Assembly (NCBI RefSeq): GCF_021869535.1
Contig: NW_026262712.1
Coordinates: forward strand, 110,422,001-110,486,000
DNA from: Mytilus californianus
Lineage: Eukaryota
Reading direction: 5' to 3'
Length of the DNA: 64,000 nt
Of this stretch, positions 1 through 14,400 are shown piece after piece (positions within the stretch are counted from its first letter, which is position 1; the number at the start of each line of letters is the position of its first letter). The notes below the pieces were generated by a model. That model saw only the letters and a list, made by a program, of their open reading frames with translations, made no database searches and was not told where the DNA came from. Position numbers and translations under genes: made by a program.

Positions 1-979
1 TGGTCTGCTGTTTAATTTCAACGGAAATTTCTTTCAAGCTCGGAAAAAATTGGTAGACCAAGCTCAAAAAGCACTTTATTCTCTTTACAAGAAGATACAA
101 AATATCTCACTTCCGATTGATTTACAGTTAAAATTATTTGATGCATTGGTGGTTCCTATTTTGACCTTTTCCTCGGAAATATGGGGGTTTGAAAATAAAA
201 ATAATACTGAAAAATTACATCTACAGTTTTGTAAGCGCATTTTGGGGGTGCGATCATCTACGCCAAATTTTATGGTATATGGGGAACTTGGAAAATGTCC
301 ACTTGAACTGCAGATCAAGTTAAAAATGGTATGTTTTTGGCACAAGATAGCAACAAATGATAAAAAAACTATCGGGTAAACTGTATAAGTTACTTTGGTA
401 CATGCATGAGCATGAAGGTTATAATTTCAAGTGGTTTAACTATGTAAAATCTGTGTTTAATGATTGTGGCTTTTGTGAATTATATAATATTCCGGGGCAA
501 GTTGATTATAATTATATTAAAAGTAATGTAAGGCGGCGTCTCCAAGACCTTTTTATTCAAAAATGGTTCTCTGATATAAACAACTCATCAAGGGGGGGGG
601 GGGGGGGGGTTATTTACACTTTAAGGAAGAGTTTTGCGTAGAACCATATCTGTTAAAATTAAGGCGGGGTCATAGAGTAAATATATGTAAATTAAGGGTA
701 TGCAATACAAAGTTTCCCATCGAAACAGGAAGATGGAGAAATGTACCGCGAAATGAGAGAATTTGTCCACTTTGTAAAGCTGGTCTTGGGGATGTATACC
801 ACTATATATGTAAATGTACCAATTGTGAAGTTAAGGATTTAAGGGGGAAGTTCATACCTCCATATTATTTAAAATATCCAAATGTAAAAAAAGTACTAGG
901 CATGCTTAAATATTGTAATAGTAATGTGCTGTCTAAGCTGTCAATTTTTATTCAAAAGGTAGAAAAGATGCTTGTCTAA
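1..979 (+). mobile_element. 3' end of a decayed non-LTR retrotransposon (LINE) ORF2: post-RT region and C-terminal Cys/His motif
   Basis: ORFs 50-379 and 357-641 (LQLKLFDALVVPILTFSSEIWG...ILGVRSSTPNFMVYGELG) continue in a shifted frame into PIETGRWRNVPRNERICPLCKAGLGDVYHYICKC, stop at 977-979; AATAAA near 1122. Several frameshifts and an 18-G run at 592-609. Confidence 0.85.
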
Positions 980-2307
980 TTTAAAACTGTAATTAACAAA
1001 GACTTATTTCTGAAGATGTATAATTCAACAATGTATACTGTTTGTATTATGAACTATGTTGTAATTAATATTGTGTATGATATGCTCCTGTTACGCAGTC
1101 TTCTGCGGCTGAGTTTTCTTTAATAAACTATGTTAGAAAGTGAAAATACTAAAAATCATAAATTTGTAGATATTCTGAGGGCTAAATTATTAACCACATA
1201 GACTAGATTCTAGAAAATTGAATATAATCTTCACCCAATTTAGATGCTCGGCGTCTTTCTTGAATTGTGACTTATTTAGAGCTAACATTATATCTGATCC
1301 AACATGTAGCAGTGTTAATGTGGATTGGATATTGAGGACATGCGACATTTTTACTTTGATTATCCTTTCTTTTTAAATGAAAGGGCTATTCTGTTTAACG
1401 CTCTCAGCTGGCTTCTCGTAGGCTACAAGTCTTAAATTTTATAAATATATCAAAAAGATTCCTCGTGGAATAATATCAACATAGGCAAAACGCACATTAT
1501 CATCATTATCATTATCATCCTTATCTCTGTAATCTCTGTCGTTCTTTCTTTACCCCTTTCTTTTTTTAGTACAGTTTAGTAATATTTATGTTGTTTATAT
1601 TATATACTGCATGCTCACATTCAATTTGTATTGTTATATATATATTGTAATGTGGAGAACACTTCATAAGCACGTTTTACTTTTTTGCTTTGAGCGAATA
1701 AAATATGTTGAAACTAAATTAAACTAAACTGTATTTCCACTATATTTACTTTTAATGTTTACTTGCTCATAACACTGCAGCTTTTATTTGCCCAATGATG
1801 ACTTTCAATTATCTCTACAAATCAGAGGAGCTTTTACTGTCGAACCCTGATAGTCTCATTTATTCAATATAACTTTGGTTATGTTCTAAGGTTTAGAGAG
1901 TAGCTATTTGTACGGATTTCCAGTATGATTGTATGTTTATCTAATATTCCACTGTAGTAACCTTTGTTTGCGGATAGGCACCATCATTCAAGAAGATGTA
2001 TTTTATTGCATGGCTTTATTATGTTCCACTATGGTGGTCATATCTTAATTCAAATCGTCAAAAAATAGTTTTGAAATATTACTTTAATCTACATATCAAT
2101 TATTGACAAATGACAGATCGATTTCTAGTGCAAAGGTTTGTGTTTTTTTTACCTAGTACGGCCTATCACATCATGTGGTATACCACCATTATATCTAATC
2201 TTCATTTATAACAAGGAATATCGAACATTTCTGCTGATATGATAGCTTTTAAATTATTGCAGGTGTTTTTCATTTCTATACAGACAATATAGTGTACTTT
2301 TGTACAA

Positions 2308-2439
2308 ATGTTTGGATACTTGATTTTCCTTTCATTTTTGGGTTCTGTTTTGTGCTGTTGTTTCCCAAAGCAATGGGAAGGATGGACTTACCAAACATCT
2401 TCTCACACACTGAACAATGGATCTGTTATTTATGAAGAG
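2308..2439 (+). CDS. Ependymin-related gene, exon 1 (signal peptide and CCFPKQWEG)
   Basis: ATG at 2308, 44 codons, donor GAG|GTTAGT at 2440. Confidence 0.88.
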
Positions 2440-5400
2440 GTTAGTATACGTATTTATTGTTTATTCTATTAGAGTCACAGGTCGAAATATATATAGTTAA
2501 AGTGAACATCTAATGAATAATCCGTCTACTCTTTACCTGTGCCTTAGTTTATTGCTACCATATTTTAATCTGTTCAGTCATTCGATTTTAATTCATAACT
2601 ATTATTATCACTTGGCGTCATTCGTCGTCATAAACTTTAATACAAAAAATATCTCAACTACTGTCCCCAAAAGTATAAACCAAACTTTAGCTGAATGTTC
2701 ATAAGGGATCTAGTTTGTAAATTTTATCTCGAGATTTGGCTCATCAATAAACAATGCCGCCGTTGCTAAAAATAAAACATAGGGCTTAAACTGTAGTGTT
2801 GGCTAATATGTTAAAAAAATGAAGCAGTTAGAGAAAAACTGGCAATGAAAAGTTGATCAAAAAGTCACATTGAAAAGTTCAGAAAAATCGGACCACCCAT
2901 TTTTGAGTTATTGCCTCTGAATGGATATTATCTTGAAAACTGATTTAGATATATCATGAAAAACTTTAAAAGAGTAAAAAATACCAGCAGAATAAAATCT
3001 ACGGAAAAGTAAACTTTCCCAAAATAGTCCGTCTACTCCTTTGGGGAGTTATTACCTTTCAATGACGATTTATACTTATTTCATGTGTCTTGGCTATTAT
3101 CTTATGATCATTTAAATTTTAAACAACAATATTTTCAAAATATTTGACTACAGTAACTGTTTATTTTGACAAAATTATCAGTCGACTCTTCATAGACAAA
3201 GCAAACCGTAAGTAGAAAGAAAATGTCAGCAATATGAGAACTCGACCCCATAAAAGACTTATCGACCTTTAATGACGTGTTTTACCCATTTTTGTGATTT
3301 TAGCTGTTTTTTAAATCCTATACTATAAAGAAAGAAACACATCAAACTGAGAAGATCTAAAAGTTAAGTCAACATGACTGAAATCGTCAGTCGACTTCTT
3401 ATCAGAGGTATTGTTCTTAAATGCCAATTTCCCCCTATTTTTTCGTTTCGTCTAATATCATGAAAGCTATAATCTATATAAAAAAAAAAAACTTTAAACA
3501 GCAAAAGTAACAAGCATGGAAACATCTTCAAATTAGTCAAACATCGCCGATCGCCGGAATCGTCAGTCGACTCTTATATGAGTTATTGGCCTTACATGAC
3601 AATTTTTATCAATTTTTGCCTTTTTGCAGTTATTCTGAAACCTATAATTATAGATGGAGAGCAACTGTTTTCACAAGAAAAAAAGTGTGGATCGTTCATT
3701 GACTTTATTTTTTTTTTGACCTTAATTGACTTGACCATTTTTTTTAAAATATTTTGTAAGTGGATGTAGATCAACACTGGTCACAATCTTACTTACGGTG
3801 ACCTGTAGCTGTTCAAATTCTTTTACTTTTGATCTTTGGTGGGTAATAATCTCATTGAAAATTATAGTTATCATAGCTTCTTATTCTTATATTAGATTGT
3901 GAAAGATGATCTCCACTGTTGCTAATGATTTTATTTAAACAGGCTTTCACTTACTGTTAACTTGATGAAATTTTTGCTTTAATTAATAATGAATTTTCTA
4001 TTTACAAGAATTTACGACAAACGAGACGATTGTTCGTTCCCTATTGTTAATTTTCCCTTTTTGGACGATGATGTTCCTTTGAACCCTTCTTACAGTGAAT
4101 ATATTTCACAACTTGTTCGCTATGTCCGTGTCTGTAGTCGCGTTTTAGATTTCAATGAACGTAATTTATGTTTAACTGTTGAATTATTAACTTAGGGATT
4201 TCGTTACCACAAGTTAATTAAAACTTTACTAAATTCTTCCATAGAAACATAGATTTAGCTAGGAAGTTTGGCTGTACCATTAGAATTCTGATTGAAAACG
4301 GGATATCACATTCAAAATTTTACAGTGATATTGTTTATAAAGCCGGTCAATTTAGATACGATCCATATAAACTCATTGATCCTTGAAATAAACTTATTCT
4401 TAAAGGTTATCAATTTAACACCGTACTGAAACCTTTAAATGTAGTTTTTATCGTTACTAACATAGATTTTGTTTTTGATAGATTAAAACAGAACTAAATA
4501 TATATTGCTATATATGTACAGTTATCGGTAATCATGATCCTACATCCTGTCGATATTATTAACTTATATGTTGGCATGGAACAAGGCCATGCGTTTCGCA
4601 GACTGTTTATGATGTCTGTACACTAAATCAGTAGGATGTGTACTGATTGATACTTTAGTCTGGGAAAACATGATTTATTTTTTAGTTGTAATTGGCTTTG
4701 TACTAGCTTTCAATAACTGCGGGTACACTTATATCGGTGCTTTGTGTCTGTTGTGTTTACGTTAATTGGTTTATTTGTGCTTTGTGTCGATTTATTGATA
4801 TAAGCCATTTGCAACTGATTTTTACAGTTTGTGTTTATTTGTCATGTACTCCACAGTCCCAGGTTAGTGGGAGGGCTGAGCTCTTATAAACATGTTAACC
4901 AAGCCACATTATTTATGTGCCTGTTCCAAATTAGGAGCATGTAGTTGAATAGTTGTCGTTGGTCCATGTCTGTCGTATTTTTTTTCCATAAATTGAATTG
5001 TATAAATAAGGCCGTTAGTTTTCTCGTTTGAATTTTTTTACATTTTTCATGTATGGGCCTTTTATAGTCGACTATATTTGGGTTTTCTCGTTGTTGAAGG
5101 CCGTGCGGTGACCGATAATTGCTTTTATCTTCGTCATTTAAACTCTGGTGGAGAGTTGATTGATTAGCAATCATACCACATATCCTTATTTTGATTTTAA
5201 TTCAATATCTGCAAGTACTCTTAGATCAGTACTTTGTGCCTTTATTCTTTTTGTCAGTTGTTTTTGTGCTTTTATGTCGATCTGACGAGTCAAACCTTTT
5301 TCTACTGATTTTTAGCAGTTTAGAGTTTGTTCTTGTTTTGTTTTGCTTGATGTGCTGTAACACGACTGTCCAAGGTAAGGGGAATGATTGAGTGCTCGCT

Positions 5401-8400
5401 AACATGTTTAACACCGATATATTATGTGTGTGTCTGTCTCTGCAACTGATTTTGCAAACGTTGTTTATCATCTTAATTACGTGTTATAGTTTTCTTTTTA
5501 TTTGTCTTTGTATATCGTTAACTTTAACTGTTTAGTCCATTTTTGTAATATACTTTTGGCGTGGCTCGGTATCTATACATCCCACCATTGTGTTATTGTG
5601 CTATGGTCATTTTTGTATTCTTGTCTTTCATTTTTGCTTATGTACTTTGTCTATATAGTGTCTATCTGCCATTTTTTTTGTTGTTGAAATAGTTATTTGT
5701 TTTATATAGTTATTAAGATTATAACACCCCAATTTTTGACATTTTTACCTATTATGTGTGTTTTGTTCACCCATTGTTGTCAATATGATGGAATTCTATG
5801 GGACTGTCATACAAGTGAGAGGTTTAGCTAGCTATAAAACCAGGTTTAATCCACCATTTTCTACATTTGGAGTTCGGTATTTTTGTTATTTTGCTTTTTC
5901 CTCAAGTAAGGATCATGCAATTCAGTGGTTGTCGTTGGTCGCTGTCTATCATAATTGTTTTTCGTTTATTGTTTTTTTAGACCTAACATAGGAAACAGAC
6001 AGGCCATTGCTTCTTTTTTTCGTTTGAATTGTTTTACATTTTTTCAGTTCGGAGCCTTTTATAGCTTACTGTACGGTTTTGGTGTTGCACATGCTTAAAG
6101 GCCGTACGGTACCCTTTAGTTGCTGACATCTGTGTCATTTGTTCTCTGATGGATAGCTGTCTCATTTGAAATTATACCACATCGTTCTTCTTATTTTTAT
6201 ATCATTGTTATACATTTTTACCAGGCCGGAGTTTCGGGCTTCTAGGAGCCACTTATTAAATCATTTGCAAGGATATTTGTTGGACTATTCATGATTTATT
6301 TCTGCAGAAAAAAATATAACTTAGATTGATGAAATAAGATAGTAGGATATCTCTTTTCTTCTTCGGCAGGAATCTAGCTCATTATCTGTTGATTATAACA
6401 AAGGTTTTGCATATTACAACCAGACTACAGATACCAACAGTGGACAGACCAAACAGATCATCCTTCAAGACTTCAATAAGGTATATTATCCTTGTAAATC
6501 ATTATACTGTGCTAAGTAAGGTTTCAAGAAGTTTCTTTAGAATTATACGACATATGTCATTTAATTCAGCTTTAACTCAGACAAATCCTTTGATTCACAT
6601 ATTTTAATTTCTGTTTATGATGTATTTATCTATTTATTGAAATCGCCTGTACCTTCTTCATCACTTGACCAGAGCAACATGAGGACCACATTATTCCAAC
6701 ATTTTTTTTATCTGAAACTAATAGACAATACTTAAACTGTAATGAAACAACATTTACTTCTAATACAGTTTTAGTGTCCTGAATGTTTATTAAATTATAC
6801 TTTTTCGCCTTTCTTATCGATTGAACCACTTTTCCTGATAAACTTAATTGTTTATAAAAAGTAAAATATAACAAAAATTCCGAACTCCAAGGAAAATTCA
6901 AATCGGAAAGTCCTTTATCAAATGGCAAAATCAAAGGCTCAAACACATCAATCGAATGGAAAACAACTGTCATATTCCTGACTTGGTACAGGCATTAACT
7001 TATGAAGAAAATGGTAAATTATACCAGGTTTTATAGCTAGCTTTACCTTTCACTTGTATATCATTCTTGGGACGACTTCGCAACATTTATTTTGTCCTCT
7101 TAAGGTAGATGGGGTGTCTAAATTATAATCCATAGAATTTTTTAATAATTTGCCAAAATGTAGTTTATATCAAGCTTTTTAAAAAAAAATGATAAAAAGA
7201 ATGGGTCACGGGGCTTATTTTCACGCTACAGGTTGTTCAAAATTAACAGATTTTGTATAGATTATGCATGGAAAACCCAATTTTCTGCCACAAAACGAAA
7301 ACTACACCATAGAATTTTGATATAAAATATGAGAAGATAGATTTAATAGTATGCTTTCAGATAAGAAAAAGAAAAAATGGGGTCACCGGACCCGTTTTCT
7401 TGCTACATAATAACATAGGTAAATTTCTAACACATTCTATTGTAAAAGTACCTTCATCTGAATTATCTTCCCTTACATTTGAGTTGCCTCCCCTTATGTA
7501 GCAAAGTTGGAAAAAATTGAATCAAACAAAAGTTTTCTGTTTTTTGTAAAATACAACCATAAATATGATAAAACATGTCATTTTCTATATTGAAATGAAA
7601 ATTCTTACACATGAATTACCTACTACTCTCAAAATTTGCACATTCTATTAAAGATCTAGACCGATTGTTTTCAGGTATTCAAAATCCAAGATGGAGGAAG
7701 ACACCCTATCTACCTTAATGAAAAAGGGTTCAATAGAATGTTAAATTGTTTACGTCTACTTTTTGTGATTATCAATTCCTAAATGGCATATTTTATTTGA
7801 CGTACTATTTTAGGTTTTAACTTATTCATATTTGCTTCAAAGAAATTTATTACCCATTTGTGTGTGCCTCTGTATTATGGCAATTTATTTCCTCTATTTT
7901 ACGTTTGAATGTAATGCTTATTTATTTCCCCACCTCACATAGATGTGCTCAAACACTATATCTCCTCCAGCAGGCTAATGAAAAATTAGTTGGAAATACA
8001 TGCATAGCAGGAGAGAGACTCTTCTTACGTACAATGAAGATGAATTCGGTTTCGTTTTACTTGGAGATCATGTCATTCTCTCATGGACTTTCCCTCTTGA
8101 TTAGCATATTCAAAATTGATGAAGGACTTATAAACGTTTCTCATTTGACATTAAAATCCACAGATCGTCTTTAAAAGAATCATTTCCCTCTTCAACCGCT
8201 CCTATAAAAATTTATATGTCATCATTTTAATAAATATTTGTTGTTCAATCCATCCGTTTTGTTCACATTATCAACGACACATCGTTCCTTTAAACAATTA
8301 CCATAACAGTTTTATTGGTTTATGTACATATATACCACTGTACGTTAAACATACATTAATCAATCATTCATCAATGTATCAGCATAAAATCAAAACTTTA

Positions 8401-11400
8401 TTCTCAATATAAACGAATAAAACTGTTATAGTGAGTCGTTTAAAGAAGCGATGTATCTAGTTTATTATAATCCGTTACAGAAACTTTAGACATAAAAGTT
8501 ATTCGAAATACAAGAGATTAAAAATGAAAACATGCAGTTTCTTCTAATCTTTCCCTTATAGGAGTTATTACCCTTAAATGAAGTGGTTTTGCCATCTTTA
8601 CATTTTCCCTATTGTCTTATAAACTATAATAGATTAAATGATCAGCAATAAAAGACCTAAACGATGTAATTCTGACTAAAACCACAAATTTACTCCTTTT
8701 ATGAGTTATTGTTCTTCAATTACAAAAAATAAATTAATCGAAGATTGCAGATTAGATACAGAATAAAAACATCTAACAATCGACTTATGAAAAAAACAGG
8801 TGACCAAGAAGTATATGCAGTTCCTGCGTTTTACAAATATTATACACCAAATATTGTAGCCATTTTAACATCAAATTCATCCAATTCACCTCAAGTTCTT
8901 AAAACAAATAAAATGTTTCTGCCTCTTACAGCAAACTCTTGACCAGAGCAACAAAAGGCCCACATTACTCCAACATTAATCTCACATACTCCATAACTGG
9001 TTATTTTTTTATCTGAAACTAATAGACAATTCTTATACTGTAATGAAACAACATTTACTTCTAATACAGCTTTGGTGTTCTGAATTTTTATTAAACTATA
9101 CTTTTTCGCCTTTCTTATCGATTGAACCACTTTTCCTGATAAACTTAATTGTTTATAAAAAGTAAAATAACAAAAATTCCCAACTCCAAGGAAATTTCAA
9201 ATCGGTAAGTCCCTTATCAAATGGCAAAATCAAAAGCTCAAACACATCAAACGAATGGAAATCAACTGTCATATTCTGGACTTGGTACATGTATTTCTTT
9301 ATGTAGAAAATGGTTGATAATAGCTAGCTAAACCTCTCACTTGTATGACAGTCGCATAGAATTCTATCATATTGACAATAATTTGTGAGCAAAATTAATA
9401 GACATAACAGGTAAACATGTCAAAAATTGGGGCACAGCAGTCAACTTTGTGTTATAATCTTAATCAATGTAACAACAGATTACTATTTCAACAAAGAAAA
9501 ACAAAATGGCATATAGACACTCTTTAGACAAAGTACATAAGCAAAAATGAAAGACAAGAATACAAAAAGACCATAGCACAATAACACAATGGCGGGAGGT
9601 ATAAATACCGAGCCACGCCAAAAGTATATTACCAACAATGGACTAAACAGTAAAGGTTAAAAATATACAAAAACAAATAAAAAGAACAGTACTATTACAC
9701 GAAATTAAGATGATAAACAACGTCAGTACCTAGAATGTATACTTCAAGACCATCATATATTATTTGTGAAGTTGATACGGAATATGTATCAACAAGGTCT
9801 TGGTATCTTCCGATGAATTCTTTTAGAAAAAGACGAGACGTTCTTTGACATAACCCTGGTTCATCATGTTTGTTTGTTTGTTCATGATGTAAAGAAACAT
9901 GCATTGATTGATTGTTTGATTGATTTAGTGATTGATTGTTGGTGTTAAACACCACTTTCAGTACACTTGCATATATCACGGCGGTTATTCTTTATTGGTG
10001 GAGGAAGCCGTAATACCCGGAGAGATTTACCGACCTTCAGCAAGACTTGCTTCTGAATGCTAACAATAATCGATAATCATATTATCTGGACTTCCAGAAA
10101 TAATTGCAAATATTATTTTTATAATGGTTTTAGAAATAATTATAATAATCATAATGAATATGATAAACATAATATGAATATATATCATAATTATTGATTT
10201 GTGATTAGTTTACAAGAGATGAATGTCCTGATTTATTGACGAGATCATGATCTAGGGGTCATCAATTTTCCATAGAGACGTCGTTGGTCGTTTTTATAAG
10301 ACGATCACGCATTAGCATATGTGTTTGCATGGAGGGGGTGAAAAAGTTATGCATGCATGATTGAAACAATCTTTAAACAGGATCGAATTTAGCTTTTAGG
10401 GAACGCTGAGGCTTTATATTTTAATTGGATAATTTGCTATTTGGTCTTTGGTAGATGATTGTCTCATTGACAATCATACCTCATGACCTTAATGTTTTTT
10501 TACTAATGATGAACAGATAATAAGTCCACTTTTGGCCCTTTGAATTTAATAAGTTGATGACAGTTTCAATTCAAGTGGCAAATATTTCAAGAATAGTCAG
10601 GGGGACAACATGCAAATGAAATATACAATAGGCTGCTTGTATTAAACCAAGTCGGAAATCTATATTTTCTTCTTTTCTTCTCTGTATCAAATTTTATAGC
10701 ATAAACACGCAAAAGTGACATGAATTTTTTGAATATAATACATATAAAAAGCTGTTCCATTATAGATCACGATAGAATATTTCAGTCGTTCTGTCTCTAA
10801 CAGGCATGTTGATTTCTTAGATTGCGGCCTTTTATATGGTAACCTTTGCAGGCGCGACAAGTTCGTGCCAAACAGAAGACGGTAAGTAGGTAAACTTTTA
10901 AGTCTAGATTATTACCACAAATAATAATTCCAAGCAGATACCAGTAGGAATCAGGTAAGAAAAGCAGCGAAATAAATTGGTTATCTAAAGTTTTACAACC
11001 CGCCATCTAATAAAATCATATCACGTGCTTCTGAACTAGTATGGCTCTCTTCATATGTAACACCACTCTTAAGCTTCCTGGTAGTGAAATCAAATTTACG
11101 CGTACAAAATTTTATTTCTGGTATCCATGTTTAGTTTATTTAAGATGAAATCAAAACAACATAAATGAACAGGAGCGTGACCTTCAACTTTGTATAATAA
11201 TGTAAGATTGAAAATTATCTAGATAATAATGATCATTGATTATTGTTGTTATACCGACAAATTGCGAGCCAAGAGTTTATCTCACAAGAAACTACACGAT
11301 AATCCAATTTATTTATGTTCCCTCTTCCTCTATCGCTCTGCATTTCTAGGCCTTGGGACGTCAAATACGTTGATCTGGTATTGATAACTTTAACCCACTT

Positions 11401-14400
11401 TAATAAGTTTGACCTAAAATTATCAACTTCGCTTCCAATTTGCTGGTGAAAAAATGTTTCTATCATGAAAAAACACAATCAAATTCAATCAATACGATCG
11501 ATTATTTATTTTCATCATATTGATACTGTGAAATATCAGCTGCTCGACAAAATACTTTAAAGACTTTTTGAACTCGTTCGCTCCGCTTCGTACCGGTTAC
11601 CAGGTTGTCTGCATATTGATATTGTAAACATTAGTTGCAAGTCACAATATGAAGCTTTTTTCGAGTGAACGCTGCAAACGAGTTCAAAAAGGCTTCATAT
11701 TGTGTCGAGCAGCTGATATTTTACAATGTAAATATGATGAAAATCTGATAATCGATATATCGGATAGTATTTGTGTATATTGCAGGATAGAAACAATTGT
11801 TTTCTTTGTTTCACCAGCAAACCGGAAAATGACTTGATAAGTTCGAGTCAGACTTATTAACGTCGGTTCGTTCATTATGACGTCGACGATATGTCCGGGT
11901 CAAAGTTAGTTGATGTCACAAAACCGTGATATGCAATTTTATGAAGAGATGAGGAGAGTGATACAGACAGTTGGAACACCGATAAATCATTCTACTTTTA
12001 CCGGGGTCAATTGCGTATCAACTTCAATGGTTCCGTCACTTGAGTAGATGACAGTTGAGAATGAAAAAATACAATGTTAGGCTTTAGTAAACTTACTATT
12101 AATATCTGCATTTATTTTTATATGAAAGTCTTGAGTGGCGAACGTGATACATTAACTATTGAAGAAAAATTATCATGTTTGCAGTATTCATTTCATTTGA
12201 ATTAATAAAATAATAAAATAAAAGACTTTTGAAACAATTTGAGGTCAGTATGATGTCACTGTAAATTTCCGTGGTAAAAATGGTCAAGAAACTCCTAAAT
12301 CGACAATAATTGCATTTTACGCCTTTATGTCAAAACCGATAACAAACCCGTCCAGTGGTCGACGACTGATATTTGATGTACTAACGACAAAACAGGATAG
12401 TGGATATAACAGCCATACTGGTGTTTTTACCAGTCCAAAGACAGGAACGTACGTTTTTGTGTTGGTTGTTAGATTGTACTCTGCATTACATTCAATTCAG
12501 TTAATGATTAATAATTCTGTATATGGAATCACCTTTCTTAACGCCAAAAAAGCGGACAGCACTGTCAGTAGTGCTGTTGTTGCAAATGTGTCGAAGGGCG
12601 ATACTGCATACGTTCGTACTCACTCTACATACAAAGGAATGGGTAATATATACTAGTACACAAATGCATATGGTAGAACAACATTTTCTTGATGGCTACT
12701 GAACTAAACAGTTTGATTTAAATAAATGTATTCTATCAATACTTGTTATGATTGTTACAAAGTATTCTTCCCCAAAAAACAATGGCTTGCCCAGAACTGT
12801 TTTTTTTTCGACAGTTGATATTAAGGCATTCAAGGTATTTTTTCGAATTAAAATATATAGGTTCAGCGTTTTTTAAAGCTAAAATTCGATCCTTTTATAA
12901 AGAATTGTTCAAACACTTAGATGCATATTCCACAATTTTTGGTTTGGTTTAAACCCTACCCACTTCACCCCACCCATACAAATGTTCATGTATGCATGAT
13001 CGTCCTATAAAAATGATTGACGACCTCTCTGTGGAAAATTGATGTACATAATATTTATAATATTTATATATAAAATTCATATGATTTTCATTATAATTAT
13101 TATAATTATTTCTAAAATAATACATTACTGTTATCATTCAGTTCACTCAATGTATTCCGGTTTCTTCCACCAAAAAAAGCTAACAACCATTATATAGTCA
13201 AGTGTCCCAAAAGTGGCGTTTAACACCGACAATATATGAATCAATCAATCCATGTTTCTTGAAATCATGAACAAACAAGCATCCAGTAGATCTCCGATGA
13301 AGAGTCGTCGTGGTCGTCTAATTGGCAAGAATACCAACTAACGTATATTTTTATATACATTAAAACCATTAAAGTATATCAGGAAAAGTATTTCAATCGG
13401 TACGATAGGCAAAAAAATTAATTCTGCCAAAGTTCAGGACACCAAAGTTGTATTGGAAGTAAATGTTGTCTCAGTATGGTGTAATAGAACGAATCTCTGT
13501 TAAGAAGATAGTAGTTTCAGATGAGAAATTATCAGTTTATGGAGTATTTGGGTTTAATGTTGAAATTAGGTGGGCTTCTTGTTGCTCAGGTCAAGTGTTT
13601 TTTGTAAGAGGCAGAACATTTTGATTTGTTTTGATTAGTTTTGATAACTTGAGGTGAATGTATGTTTAGTTGATTCGTTGTTAACCTGGCCACAAGATTC
13701 TGTGTATAATATTTTTAAAACTTGAAATGTTTATAATTCTGGGCTACTGTATTTTAAGAAGTTGATTTTAGTTGTTTCTGACATATTATCTACAATCTTA
13801 ATTAAATGAGTTGTTTGTAATTTAAGGGTAATAACTCATATCAGGAGTAAATTGATGTTTTTTATTTTATCAGAATGGCATTTTTTAGATCTTGTATTGC
13901 TGATCATTTTGATGCATTTATTATAGTTTTCAAGACAACAGAGAAAAATATTAAGATGGCAAAACCAACTTATTTAAAGGACATAACTCATGTTTGCATG
14001 TTTGTTTATCTTGTACATGTATTTTGATTCCTTTTTGGTTTAAATATTCTTTAACGGAATGATAATAAACTAGATGCATCGTTCCTTTGAACAACTCAAC
14101 ATATAACAGTTTTATTGGTTTTTTTTGAAAATATAGTTTTTATTTTATGCTGATACATTGGTGATTGATTGATTAATGTTTGTTTAACGTCCAGTGGTAA
14201 ATATGTCCATAAATTAATACAACTGTTATGATGAGTTGTTTAAGGGAACGATGTGTTGTTAATAAGGGGAACGAAAAGGGTAAAAGAATGATGAATCGTT
14301 GATAGTGCGAACAAAATGGGTGGATAAAGGAACGATGTGAAGTTGATAAGGGGTACACAATAGGCGGATAAAGAAACGATGTGTCGGTAATAAGGTGAAC

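Noticed and set aside
592-609. 18-G run as a regulatory G-quadruplex
   Set aside because: Lies inside a dead LINE; most simply a homopolymer expansion or sequencing artefact.
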